Source: Eledone cirrhosa (taxonomy: Eukaryota). From it: a stretch of 64,000 bases of DNA. Of the stretch, positions 1-13,734 are shown one piece after another. A model generated the notes under the pieces. The model was not told the origin of the DNA. It saw only the letters and a list, made by a program, of their open reading frames with translations, and did not search any database. The position numbers were made by a program, and so were the translations under genes. The stretch is from assembly GCA_964016885.1 (NCBI GenBank), contig OZ024766.1, positions 11,098,001 to 11,162,000 on the forward strand, in the 5' to 3' direction. How positions within the stretch are numbered: the first letter of the stretch is position 1; each line of letters starts with the position of its first letter.

Positions 1-3000
1 GTGGTGGTGTGGTGGTGGTGATGGTGGTGGTGGTGGTGGTGATGTGGTGGTGGTGGTGTGGTGGTGGTGGTGATGGTGGTGGTGTGGTGGTGGTGATGTG
101 GTGGTGGTGGTAGTGGTGGTGTTGCTAGTGCTGGTGATGGCGTGTTATTGCTAACATCACAACACCATACCATCATCACCACCACCACCATCTCACCACA
201 ACCACTACCACACCACTACCAACACCTCCACAACCTCTACCACCTCCACACCATACCACAACCACCACCACCACTACCACAACCACACCACACCACCACC
301 ACTACACCACAACTACCACCACACCACACCACCACACCACCACCAACACTACACCACAACTACTAACACACGACACCACCACCACTAACAACACTACCAC
401 ACCACCACCACACCACAAACACCACTACCACAACCACTACACCACAACTACTAACACACCACACCACCACCACTACCAACACTACACCACTACCAACACT
501 ACACCACCACCACACCACTACCAACACTACACCACCACCACCACCACTACCAACACTACACCACAACTACTAATACACCATACCACCACCACTACCACCA
601 CCACTACCAACACTACACCACAACTACTAATACACCATACCACCACCACACCACCACCACTACCAACACTACACCACACCACCACCACTACCAACACTAC
701 ACCACAACTACTAACACACCACTACCACACCACCACCACTACCACACCACAAACACCACCACCACCACTACCAACACTACACCACCACTACTAACACACC
801 ATACCACCACCACTACCAACACTACACCACCACCACTACCAACACTACACCACAACTACTAACACACCACTACCAACACTACACCACAACTACTAACACA
901 CCACTACCAACACTACACCACAACTACTAACACACCACACCACCACCACTACCAACACTACACCACACCACCACCACACCACTACCAACACTACACCACC
1001 ACCACCACCACTACCAACACTACACCACAACTACTAACACACCATACCACCACCACTACCAACACTACACCACCACCACTACCAACACTACACCACCACT
1101 ACCAACACTACACCACAACTACTAACACACCACTACCAACACTACACCACACCACCACCACTACCAACACTACACCACCACCACACCACTACCACCACCA
1201 CCACCACTACCAACCACTACCACACCACCACTACCACCACTACCACACCACAAACACCACCACACCACCACCACTACCAACACTACACCACAACTACTAA
1301 CACACCACTACCACCACCCCACCACCACTACCACACCACAAACACCACCACCACCACCACCACCAACACTACACCACAACTACTAACACACCACTACCAC
1401 CACCCCACCACCACTACCACAAACACCACCACCACTACCACCACTACCAACACTACACCACAACTACTAACACACCACTACCACCACCCCACCCCACCAC
1501 CACACCACACCACCACCACTACCAACACTACACCACAACTACTAACACACCACTACCACCACCCCACCACCACTACCACACCACAAACACCACCACCACC
1601 ACTACCAACACTACACCACTACCACTACCAACACTACCACCACTACACCACCACCACCACACTACCACACTACCACCACTACCCCCCCCTCCTCCCTCAG
1701 TCCCCCTTTGTTCTATGTCCAATCAACCAATCCTTAGGCAAGGACACTCCACACTCCCTCTCCACGTCCAACACACATCAAAGGAGTATGATACTCAGCC
1801 TGCTAGAAATAGCAGCTAAACTGTTTGATCAGCGCTCTCTGAGTGTCTGGTGGATCAGAACCTGGCCCGGGGCTAAACACCTACATCATCACCACCATCA
1901 TCATCATCACTGTTATCAATACTACCACTGCTACTACTACTGCTGCTGCTGCTGCTACTACTACTGCTATCACCACCACCACCACTACTACTACTACTAC
2001 TAGTGCTTCTGCTGCTACTACCACCACCACTACTACAACAACACAGCACCACTATCACTAGACCACCACCACCACCACCACACCACCAATCCAAGCTTGA
2101 CAACCACAACAAACAACACCACGACCATACTAGCACCACCACACCACCACCAATCCAAGCCTGACCACCACCACCACCACCACCACCACCACCACACCAC
2201 CACCAATCCAAGCCTGACCACCACCACACCACAACTACTACACCACCACCACCACACCACCACCACCACCACACCACCACCAATCCAAGCCTGACCACCA
2301 CCACCACACCACAAACACCACTACCACACCACAAACACCACCACCACCACCACCACACCACACCACCACCACTACCAACACTACACCACAACTACTAACA
2401 CACCACCACCACTACCACCACTACCACACCACAAACACCACCACCACCAACACTACACCACCACCACACCACACCACCACCACTACCAACACTACACCAC
2501 AACTACCACCACACCACCACCACTACCAACACTACACCACAACTACTAACACACCACTACCACCACCCCACCACCACTACCACACCACAAACACCACCAC
2601 CACCACTACCACTACCAACACTACACCACCACCATCAACACTACACCACCACCACACCACACCACCACCACTACAACACCACAAACACCACCACTACCAC
2701 TACCAACACTACACCACCACCACCACCACTACCACACTACCACCACTACCCCCCCCCTCCTCCCTCAGTCCCCCTTTGTTCTATGTCCAATCAACCAATC
2801 CTTAGGCAAGGACACTCCACACTCCCTCTCCACGTCCAACACACATCAAAGGAGTATGATACTCAGCCTGCTAGAAATAGCAGCTAAACTGTTTGATCAG
2901 AGCTCTCTGAGTGTCTGGTGGATCAGAACCTGGCCCGGGGCTAAACACCTACATCATCATCATCACCATCATCATCATCACTGTTATCAGTACTACCACT

Positions 3001-3001
3001 G

Positions 3002-3033
<32 letters not shown>

Positions 3034-5602
3034 ACTGCTACCACCACCACCACCACTACTACTACTACTAGTGCTTCTGCTGCTACTACCACCACCACTA
3101 CTACAACAACACAGCACCACTATCACTAGACCACCACCACCACCACCACACCACCAATCCAAGCTTGACAACCACAACAAACAACACCACGACCATACTA
3201 GCACCACCACACCACCACCAATCCAAGCCTGACCACCACAACTACACCACCACCACCACCACCACACCACCAATCCAAGCTTGACAACCACAACAAACAA
3301 CACCACGACCATACTAGCACCACCACACCACCACCAATCCAAGCCTGACCACCACAACTACACCACCACCACCACCACCACACCACCAATCCAAGCTTGA
3401 CAACCACAACAAACAACACCACGACCATACTAGCACCACCACACCACCACCAATCCAAGCCTGACCACCACAACTACACCACCACCACCACCACCAGCAC
3501 CACCACCACCACACCACCACCAATCCAAGCCTGACCACCACCACACCACCACCACCACACCACCACACCACCACCACCACACCACAACTACTACACCACC
3601 ACCACCACACCACCACCACCACCACGCCACCACCACCACCACACCACCACCAATCCAAGCCTGACCACCACCACCACACCACAAACACCACCACCACCAC
3701 CACCACTACCACACCACAAACACCACCACCACCACCATCAACACTACACCACCACCACTACCAACACTACACCACAACTACTAACACACCACTACCACCA
3801 CCCCACAAACACCACCACCACCACTACCACTACCAACACTACACCACCACCACCACCACCACACTACCACCACTACACCACACTACCACCACTACCCCCC
3901 CTCCCTCCCTCAGTCCCCCTTTGTTCTATGTCCAATCAACCAATCCTTAGGCAAGGACACTCCACACTCCCTCTCCACGTCCAACACACATCAAAGGAGT
4001 ATGATACTCAGCCTGCTAGAAATAGCAGCTAAACTGTTTGATCAGAGCTCTCTGAGTGTCTGGTGGATCAGAACCTGGCCCGGGGCTAAACACCTACATC
4101 ATCATCATCATCATCATCATCACTGTTATCAGTACTACCACTGCTACTACTACTGCTGCTGCTGCTGCTGCTACCACCACCACCACCACTACTACTACTA
4201 CTATTACTGCTGCTGCTACTACTGCTACCACCACCACCACTACTACTACTACCACTAGTGCTACTGCTGCTACTACCACCACCACTACTACAACTACACA
4301 GCACCACTATCACTAGACCACCACCACCACCACACCACCACTCATCCAAGCCTGACCACCACCCCACCACCACTACCACCACACCACCACTCATCCAAGC
4401 CTGACCACCACCACACCACCACCACACCACCACCAATCCAAGCCTGACCACCACAACTACACCACCACCACCACCACCAGCACCACCACCACCACACCAC
4501 CACCAATCCAAGCCTGACCACCACCACACCACCACTACTACACCACCACCACCACACCACCACCAATCCAAGCCTGACCACCACCACACCACAACTACTA
4601 CACCACCACCACCACACCACCACCACCACCACGCCACCACCACCACCACACCACCACCAATCCAAGCCTGACCACCACCACGCCACCACCACACCACAAA
4701 CACCACCACCACTACCACCACTACTACACCACAAACACCACCACCATCAACACTACACCACCACCACTACCAACACTACACAACTACTAACACACCACTA
4801 CCACCACCCCACCACCACTACCACCCCACAAACACCACCACCACCACTACCACTACCAACACCACACCACACCACCACCACTACCAACACTACACCACAA
4901 CTACTACCACCCCACAAACACCACCACCACCACCACCACCACCATCAACACTACACCACCACCACACCACACCACCACCACTACCAACACTACACCACAA
5001 CTACTAACACACCACTACCACCACCCCACCACCACTACCACACCACAAACACCACCACCACCACCATCAACACTACACCACCACCACACCACACCACCAC
5101 CACTACCAACACTACACCACAACTACTAACACACCACTACCACCACCCCACCACCACTACCACCCCACAAACACCACCACCACCACCATCAACACTACAC
5201 CACCACCACACCACACCACCACCACTACCAACACTACACCACAACTACTAACACACCACTACCACCACCCCACCACCACTACAACACCACAAACACCACC
5301 ACTACCACTACCAACACTACACCACCACCACCACACTACCACACTACCACCACTACCCCCCCCCTCCTCCCTCAGTCCCCCTTTGTTCTATGTCCAATCA
5401 ACCAATCCTTAGGCAAGGACACTCCACACTCCCTCTCCACGTCCAACACACATCAAAGGAGTATGATACTCAGCCTGCTAGAAATAGCAGCTAAACTGTT
5501 TGATCAGAGCTCTCTGAGTGTCTGGTGGATCAGAACCTGGCCCGGGGCTAAACACCTACATCATCATCATCATCATCATCACTGTTATCAGTACTACCAC
5601 TG

Positions 5603-5637
<35 letters not shown>

Positions 5638-7985
5638 ACCGCCACCACTACTACTACTACTATTACTGCTGCTGCTACTACTGCTACCACCACCACCACT
5701 ACTACTACTACCACTAGTGCTACTGCTGCTACTACCACCACCACTACTACAACTACACAGCACCACTATCACTAGACCACCACCACCACCACACCACCAC
5801 TCATCCAAGCCTGACCACCACCCCACCACCACTACCACCACACCACCACTCATCCAAGCCTGACCACCACCACACCACCACCACCACCACACCATCACCA
5901 CCACCACCACACCACCACCACCACCACACCACCACTCATCCAAGCCTGACCACCACCACCACCACCACCACCACCACACCATCACCACCACCACACCACC
6001 ACCACCACCACACCACCACTCATCCAAGCCTGACCACCACCACCACCACACCACCACTCATCCAAGCCTGACCACCACCACCACCACCACCACACCACCA
6101 CACCACCACTCATCCAAGCCTGACCACCACCACACCACAACTACTACACCACCACCACCACCACACCACCACCAATCCAAGCCTGACCACCACCACCACC
6201 ACGCCACCACCACCACCACACCACCAACACTACACCACCACCACCACTACCAACACTACACCACAACTACTAACACACCACTACCACCACCCCACCACCA
6301 CTACCACCACACCACCACCACTACCAACACTACACCACAACTACTAACACACCACTACCACCACAACTACTAACACACCACTACCACCACAACTACTAAC
6401 ACACCACTACCACCACCCCACCACCACTACCACTACCACAAACACCACCACCACCACTACCACTACCAACACTACACCACCACCACACCACACCACCACC
6501 ACTACCAACACTACACCACAACTACTAACACACCAATACCACCACACCACAAACACCACCACCACCACTACCACTACCAACACTACACCACCACCACCAC
6601 CACCACACTACCACCACTACCCCCCCCCCTCCTCCCTCAGTCCCCCTTTGTTCTATGTCCAATCAACCAATCCTTAGGCAAGGACACTCCACACTCCCTC
6701 TCCACGTCCAACACACATCAAAGGAGTATGATACTCAGCCTGCTAGAAATAGCAGCTAAACTGTTTGATCAGAGCTCTCTGAGTGTCTGGTGGATCAGAA
6801 CCTGGCCCGGGGCTAAACACCTACATCATCATCATCATCATCATCATCATCACTGTTATCAGTACTACCACTGCTACTACTACTGCTGCTGCTGCTGCTA
6901 CTGCTACTATGGCCACCACCACCACCACCACTACTACTACTACTGCTGCTGCTACTACTACTACTACTACTACTATTGTTACTATTACTACTACTACAAC
7001 TACCACAACTACTACTACTACTAATATTAACTATACAAACACCACCACTACTACCACTACTACAACTACACCACACCACCACTACTGCACCACTACCACC
7101 ACACCACCACCACCAATCCAAGCTTGACAACCACAACAAACACCACCACGACCATACTAGCACCACTACCACTCATCCAAGCCTGACCACCACCACCACA
7201 CCACCACTACTACACCACCACCACCACACCACTACTACCACACCACCACCACCAATCCAAGCTTGACAACCACAACAAACACCACCACTACTACCACTAC
7301 TACAACTACACCACACCACCACTACTGCACCACTACCACCACAACCACCAATCCAAGCTTGACAACCACAACAAACACCACCACGACCATACTAGCACCA
7401 CTACCACTCATCCAAGCCTGACCACCACCACACCACCACTACTACACCACCACCACCACACCACTACTACCACACCACCACCACCAATCCAAGCTTGACA
7501 ACCACAACAAACACCACCACTACCACTCATCCAAGCCTGACCACCACCACACCACCACTACCACACCACCACCACCACACCACTACCACCACACCACCAC
7601 TACCAATCCAAGCTTGACAACCACACAACAAACAACACCACGACCATACTAGCACCACCACACCACCACCAATCCAAGCCTGACCACCACCACCACCACC
7701 ACTACTAGCACCACCACCACCAATCCAAGCCTGACCACCACCACACCACCACCAATCCAAGGCTGACCACCACCACACCACCACTACTACACCACCACCA
7801 ATCCAAGCCGGACCACCACCACCACCACGCCACCACCACCAATCCAAGCCTGACCACCACCACACCACCACACCACCACCACCACCACACCACCAATCCA
7901 AGCCTGACCACCACCACCACCAATCCAAGCCTGACCACCACCACACCACCACCATCACCACCACCGCCACACCACACCACACACA
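1..7985. repeat. Compound (CAC/CTA/CCA)n simple-repeat field containing a 5-copy macrosatellite
   Basis: A ~200-bp complex block (cctccctcagtccccctttg...ggggctaaacacctac) recurs near 1690, 2758, 3900, 5365 and 6630; a ccaatccaagcctgacc motif is interspersed. Confidence 0.9.
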
Positions 7986-7991
7986 ACTTAC

Positions 7992-8108
7992 CCTGTAAGC
8001 ATCTGACCACATGTTCTGTGAACGATACATGTTGATGGCAGCTTTTGCGTTGTTGGCACTCAGAAGGTATTCCTCAGCTTGGTGGAGGTTGCCGTCTGCC
8101 TCGACTTC
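7992..8108 (-). CDS. IFT172: IFT172 exon 23 (EVEADGNLHQAEEYLLSANNAKAAINMYRSQNMWSDAYR); next exon lies beyond window start
   Basis: tccag|GAA...AGG|gtaagt, 117 nt; homologous to ELEAEGRLQEAEYHYLEA...NMYR...WEEAYR. Confidence 0.94.
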
Positions 8109-8267
8109 CTGGAGTGAGAGTGAGAGTGAGAGTGTGTGAGTTTGAGTGAGAGGGATTGAGTGCAGGTGTAACATCTAAGTCATCAGACAGACTGAGGGAA
8201 ACATTTATATATATATATAAATATTATGAAAGTAAAACAAAGAAGCCTTCAATACATCAAAAGTCTT

Positions 8268-8313
8268 TATTAGCCAACAATGTTTCGTCTTATTAAGGAC
8301 TCTTCAGGGCAAT
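8268..8313 (-). ncRNA. Minimal type-I hammerhead ribozyme-like motif followed by AATAAA
   Basis: Minus strand reads GCC-CUGAAGA-GUC(CUUAAUAA)GAC-GAA-AC(AUU)GU-U-GGC-UAAUAAA. Confidence 0.7.
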
Positions 8314-8691
8314 TGAAACAACAAGAAGTATTATCGGCCGACAATACTTCTTGTTGTTTCAATTGATAATACTTCTTGTTGTTTCAATTGCCCTGATTGT
8401 TGGCTATTAAAGACTTTTGATGTATTGAAGCCTTCTTTGTTTTACTTTCATAATTCTTCGGCTCTGTTTAATTACATTGAGCTATACCTTTTACTGTCAT
8501 TTCTATAATACGAAGAGGGTGTTTAACTCCAACACGCTCCAGTATTTTAACCCTTATATATAAATATGTATATATAGTGTATTTTGTAATACACTTTATG
8601 CTTAATTAAAAGCATTTTGAAGACCGTATGCTATTGTTTTAGAGTAGTGACAGACTCACTTACTTTAATCTCAGCAAACAGGGGGAGATAA

Positions 8692-8800
8692 AGCTGACAA
8701 GGCCTTGTTTCTGCATTTATTGATGCTTATCAAAGCCAAGTACTCCCCCGTCTTGGCTTTGATAAGCATCAATAAATGCAGAAACAAGGCCTTGTCAGCT
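8692..8800. ncRNA. Head-to-head pair of hammerhead-like motifs with U3-A8 core variant (8692-8737 minus, 8755-8800 plus)
   Basis: GGCU-UUGAUAA-GCAU(CAAUAA)AUGC-A-GAA-ACAAGGCCUUGU-C-AGCU; stem III is palindromic. Confidence 0.55.
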
Positions 8801-9124
8801 TTATCTCCCCCTGTTTGCTGAGATTAAAGTAAGTGAGTCTGTCACTACTCTAAAACAATAACATACGGTCTTCAAAATGCTTTTAATTAAGCATAAAGTG
8901 TATTGCAAAATACACTATATATACATTCATATATATATGGCTATTTCAGAGCACCAATTCTAATATATATAAATATATATATATATAACCAAAAGGGATA
9001 TTTAATTTGTTGGTAATTCAACAAATATATATGTTTATAACAGATTCGAAGCACTCAACAGTTTTTCTGGAGTATAATATCAATGATATTAAATAAATGG
9101 AAACTATATTTATAAAACCATATT

Positions 9125-9185
9125 TATTCTATTATATATATTTCAAGGGTACCAAAACTTTAGTACGCACTCATCAGATGAAATA
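9125..9185 (-). ncRNA. Hammerhead-like motif, AT-rich family
   Basis: UAUUUCAU-CUGAUGA-GUGCGUAC...GUACCCUU-GAA-AUAUAUAU-A-AUAGAAUA. Confidence 0.65.
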
Positions 9186-9260
9186 CAAAGTTTGTTTTAT
9201 AAATATTGACATAACCAGGAACAAGATCTTAACAGTTCAAGTTTTACCTGGATACATACA

Positions 9261-9806
9261 TGGTGGCTGCCAACTCGTTTTCGAGTACGGCCACTACTTT
9301 ATATCCATGTAGGAGAACCCCTACCGATGCGCTGAACGAGTGTGACTGTTTAGTCCAGCCAGCGACTTGAAAACTCTGGTACAAACACTGCACCTGTGAC
9401 AATTATTGACACATAGTGCTGGGCCCATGGTACCATGTGACGACAAGTGCAGAGAGATCTCCAGATATAAAGCAATGCCTGCGCCGTGAAGCTTTTATAG
9501 TGAGCAAAGGCACTGCACAAAGCCAGTCCCACTCTCTTAACCAAGATGATATTTACCAAAAAGAAGAACAAGTCAACATCATTGGATACCACCAGGGTTG
9601 CAGGTGTTATATCAGAGTTTTCCTTCTCCTAGAATTCTGCCTTGACAAAGGCTAAGGGGTCATCTCTCCCGGTGATTTTGGATGGCTATTGACTCTTAAG
9701 AGCCCCTTTGCCTTTTGACAGGTTTTGTTTTTAGTCCTGCAGGATGTCCAAAGTCACCCTCCTCACCAAGATACCTTGGTGGGGTTGTCAGTTTAGTCGC
9801 CAACAA
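9261..9806. mobile_element. Interspersed repeat, probably a retroelement 5' region or SINE; second copy at 51031-51600
   Basis: Two near-identical ~550-bp copies about 42 kb apart; family assignment uncertain. Confidence 0.6.
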
Positions 9807-9940
9807 GAGCTCCTTTGCCCTTTGACAGATAGATATATACATATATATATACACACATATATCCTGCATACTATCCAGGTTAAACTTGAACTGTTAAGAT
9901 CTCGTTCCTGGATGTGTCAATATTTATAAAACAAACTTTG

Positions 9941-10001
9941 TATTTTATCTGATGAGAGCGTACCAAAGTTTTGGTACCCTTGAAATATATTTTATAGAAT
10001 A
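9941..10001 (+). ncRNA. Hammerhead-like motif, AT-rich family (stem III degenerate)
   Basis: UAUUUUAU-CUGAUGA-GAGCGUACCAAA..UUUGGUACCCUU-GAA-AUAUAUUU-U-AUAGAAUA. Confidence 0.6.
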
Positions 10002-10034
10002 AATATGGTTTTATAAATATAGTTTCCATTTATG

Positions 10035-10356
10035 CAGGATGAAAGGCAAAGTTAACCTCGGCGGGATTTGAACTCAACCATAAAGGGCCGTAACTCTTTA
10101 CTGCAAAGCATGGCGTCTGACCCTCTACCGATTCTGCCAATTCACCTATCAGTATAAATAATAGGGCAGTGGATTGGCAGTATCAGTAGAGGGTCGGACG
10201 CCATGCTTTGACGCATAGAGTTACGGCCCTTGCCATTCTGAGTTCAAATCCCGCCGAGGTTAACTTTGCCTTTCATCCTTACGGGGTCGATAAAATAAAG
10301 TACCAGTAATACACTGGGATAATTGCTGGCCTTGTGCCAAAAGTAGAAGCAATTAT
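10035..10356. mobile_element. Head-to-head pair of tRNA-derived SINEs, family 2 (10035-10146 minus, 10165-10356 plus)
   Basis: B-box gagttcaaatcc and central gcctttcatccttacggggtcgataaaataaagtacc (MetaSINE-like from memory). Other copies near 16470-16655, 24555-24690, 43945-44390, 57455-57535, 61565-61660 and 63695-64000. Confidence 0.75.
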
Positions 10357-10429
10357 TTATACTTATATATACAATTATAAATAAGATATTTTGTGATATT
10401 TTGTATTACCCAATTGCCAGTAAGAAAAT

Positions 10430-10500
<71 letters not shown>

Positions 10501-10502
10501 AT

Positions 10503-10555
<53 letters not shown>

Positions 10556-10708
10556 ATGTGTATATATATATATGTATGTGTGTATGTATATATATATATA
10601 TATGTATGTGTGTATGTGTATATGTATATATATATATATATGTATGTGTGTATGTATATATATATATGTATGTGTGTATGTGTATATATATATGTATGTA
10701 TGTGTGTG

Positions 10709-10749
<41 letters not shown>

Positions 10750-10876
10750 TTATGTGTGTATGTGTATATATATATATGTATGTGTGTGTGTGTTTGTATG
10801 TGTATATATATATATGTATGTATGTGTGTGTGTGTATATATATATACATATATGTAGATATGTATGTGTGTATGTG

Positions 10877-10907
<31 letters not shown>

Positions 10908-11099
10908 ATGTGTATATATATATATGTATATATGTGTATATATATATATATACGTATGTGTGTATGTTTATGTATTTATGTACACACGTAGAAACAATTA
11001 TATATATAAATAATATTATCATTATTATTATATATACATACATACACACACACATACATACATACATACACATACACATACATACATACATACATACAT

Positions 11100-11132
<33 letters not shown>

Positions 11133-11149
11133 TACATACATACACACAC

Positions 11150-11184
<35 letters not shown>

Positions 11185-11217
11185 CATACATACACACACA
11201 TACATACATACATACAT
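10430..11217. repeat. (TA)n/(TG)n/(CATA)n microsatellite field
   Basis: Direct inspection. Confidence 0.95.
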
Positions 11218-11284
11218 CCTACGAAAACAAGGAAGTGTGAAAGGAGGGTGAGGCAGATGAGGTGAGGGCTTCACCATAACAAAC

Positions 11285-11420
11285 CTTGGCCAGTCGACAG
11301 TAAGTTTCCTCCAACATGTCCCTGTGGTACTGCTTGACAAGACGAAGGACATCGGAGTACATCTTCAGGTGTTTGTACATAGATATAGCTCTCTCAGGTT
11401 CTTCTACAGTCAGGAATAAT
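11285..11420 (-). CDS. IFT172: IFT172 exon 22 (LFLTVEEPERAISMYKHLKMYSDVLRLVKQYHRDMLEETYCRLAK)
   Basis: ttccag|A...AAG|gtttgt, 136 nt, phase 2-0. Confidence 0.94.
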
Positions 11421-11450
11421 CTGGAATTATACATACACACATCTGGTTAG

Positions 11451-12163
11451 GGGTTAGAGCATTGGCCTTGCAATCGAAAGGTTGTGAGTTCAATTCTCAG
11501 ACCGGATGATGTGTTGTTTCCTTGAGCAAGACACTTTATTTCACATTGCTCCAGCTTACTCAGCTGTAGAAATGAGATGATAGGGACTGGGGTCCCTATC
11601 ATTCCACTGCAAAGTGGTCGTGGAGGTGCCACGGCAAAAAAGCACCCAGCACTCACTGTAAATGAGGTTGGTGTTAGGAAGGGCATCCAGCTGTAGAAAT
11701 GAGATGATAGGGACTGGGTTCCCTATCATTCCACTGCAAAGTGGTCGTGGAGGTGCCACGGCAAAAAAGCACCCAGCACTCACTGTAAATGAGGTTGGTG
11801 TTAGGAAGGGCATCCAGCTGTAGAAATGAGATGATAGGGACTGGGTTCCCTGTCATTCCACTGCAAAGTGGTCGTGGAGGTGCCACGGCAAAAAAGCACC
11901 CAGCACTCACTGTAAATGAGGTTGGTGTTAGGAAGGGCATCCAGCTGTAGAAATGAGATGATAGGGACTGGGTTCCCTGTCATTCCACTGCAAAGTGGTC
12001 GTGGAGGTGTCACGGCAAAAAAGCACCCAGCACTCACTGTAAATGAGGTTGGTGTTAGGAAGGGCATCCAGCTGTAGAAATCAAGCCAGAATCAGTTCCC
12101 GTCCCACCCTTGCAAGCAGGGAAAAGTGGACGTAAAATGAAATGATGATGATGATGATGATGA
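11451..12163 (+). mobile_element. tRNA-derived SINE, family 1, with internal 127-bp segment amplified about 4 times and (ATG)n tail
   Basis: Head ggttagagcattggccttgcaatcgaaaggttgtgagttcaattc; ccttgagcaagacactt core; tail cccttgcaagcagggaaaagtggacgtaaaatga shared with the RTE-like LINE 3' ends here. Confidence 0.85.
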
Positions 12164-12179
12164 CGTCTATACCCACATC

Positions 12180-13240
12180 CTCATCATCATCATCATCATC
12201 GATTGTTTAACGTCCATCTTCCACGCTAGCATGGGTTGGACAGGTTTGTCCCACTTGAGGCAAGATTGGTCGGGTGACTGTGTCTCGCCTAGTATAGAAC
12301 TGTTTCTGGCTGGTTGCCTACGGCTGGATGCCCTTCCTAACACCAACCACATTTACAGTGTGGGCTGGGTGCCTTTCTAGTGTGTCTCCTACACGACCAC
12401 TTTACAGTGTGGTCTGGGAGCCCTTTTACTGTGTCTCCTACACGACCACTTTACAGAGTGGACTGGGAGCCCTTTTACTGTGTCTCCTACATGACCACTT
12501 TACAGTGTGGACTGGGAGCGTTTTTACCGTGTCTCCTACACAACCACTTTACAGTGTGGACTGGGAGCCTTTTTACTGTGTCTCCTACATGACCACTTTA
12601 CAGTGTGGACTGGGAGCCTTTTTACTGTGTCTCCTACACGACCACTTTACAGTGTGGACTGGGAGCCTTTTTATTGTGTCTCCTACATGACCACTTTACA
12701 GTGTGGACTGGGAGCCTTTTTACTGTGTCTCCTACACGACCACTTTACAGTGTGGACTGGGAGCCCTTTTACTGTGTCTCCTACACGACCACTTTACAGA
12801 GTGGACTGGGAGCCTTTTTTACTGTCTCCTACACGACCACTTTACAGAGTGGACTGGGAGCCTTTTTACTGTGTCTCCTACATGACCACTTTACAGTGTG
12901 GACTGGGAGCCTTTTTACTGTGTCTCCTACATGACCACTTTACAGTGTGGACTGGGAGCCTTTTTACTGTGTCTCCTACATGACCACATTTACAGTGTGG
13001 ACTGGGAGCGTTTTTACCATGTCTCCTACACGACCACTTTACAGAGTGCACTGGGTGCTTTTTGTTGTTGTAACACCTACAGTCCACACTTTACTGAGTG
13101 ATCTGGGAGCCTTTTCATCATGTCTCCTACACGACCACTTTACAGTGTGGACTGGAATCCTTTTTACCGTGTCTCCTACACAACCACTTTACAGCGTGGA
13201 CTGGGTGCCTTTTGTCGTGGCACCCAAATGACCACTTTAT
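12180..13240 (-). repeat. SINE-derived 49-bp minisatellite with SINE tail
   Basis: Unit gtgtctcctacatgaccactttacagtgtggactgggagcctttttact; an inverted relative is at 19228-19530. Confidence 0.85.
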
Positions 13241-13250
13241 ATATCTATAT

Positions 13251-13288
<38 letters not shown>

Positions 13289-13734
13289 GTATTTGAAAAA
13301 AAGGGCAAAGAATGACTTCACTTGTAGTTCTAAATAATTTGATTTAATTTTATATTATAATATTATGAGTTGGTAAACCACGAAAAACATGGGTGGAGGT
13401 GGTGAGAGCAGACCTCAGATCGCTGATACTTACGGTGGGGATGACGAAGGACCGTGACAAGTGGAGAGATGCTGTGCTGAATAGGACCCGTCTAACCCTT
13501 GCAAGCAGGGAAAAGCGGACGTAAAATGATGATGATGATATAATATTATAAAATTAAATCAAATTATTTAGAACTACAAGTGAAGTCATTCTTTTCCCTT
13601 TTTTTTAAAATATACCTAACTGCACCAAGGATCTCACACATTTTCCAATATATATATATTCTAGGGCGGGTAAAATTCCCGAGATCCATGGACGAGTTCT
13701 CTCCAGCGGTCTCTGTCCCTCATCATCGCTGTCA

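Noticed and set aside
1690-1885. Repeated complex block as tandemly duplicated IFT172 exons
   Set aside because: No reading frame resembles the expected next segment (VA...GG..A.K.VAYLWAKSLGG), and stops occur on the minus strand.
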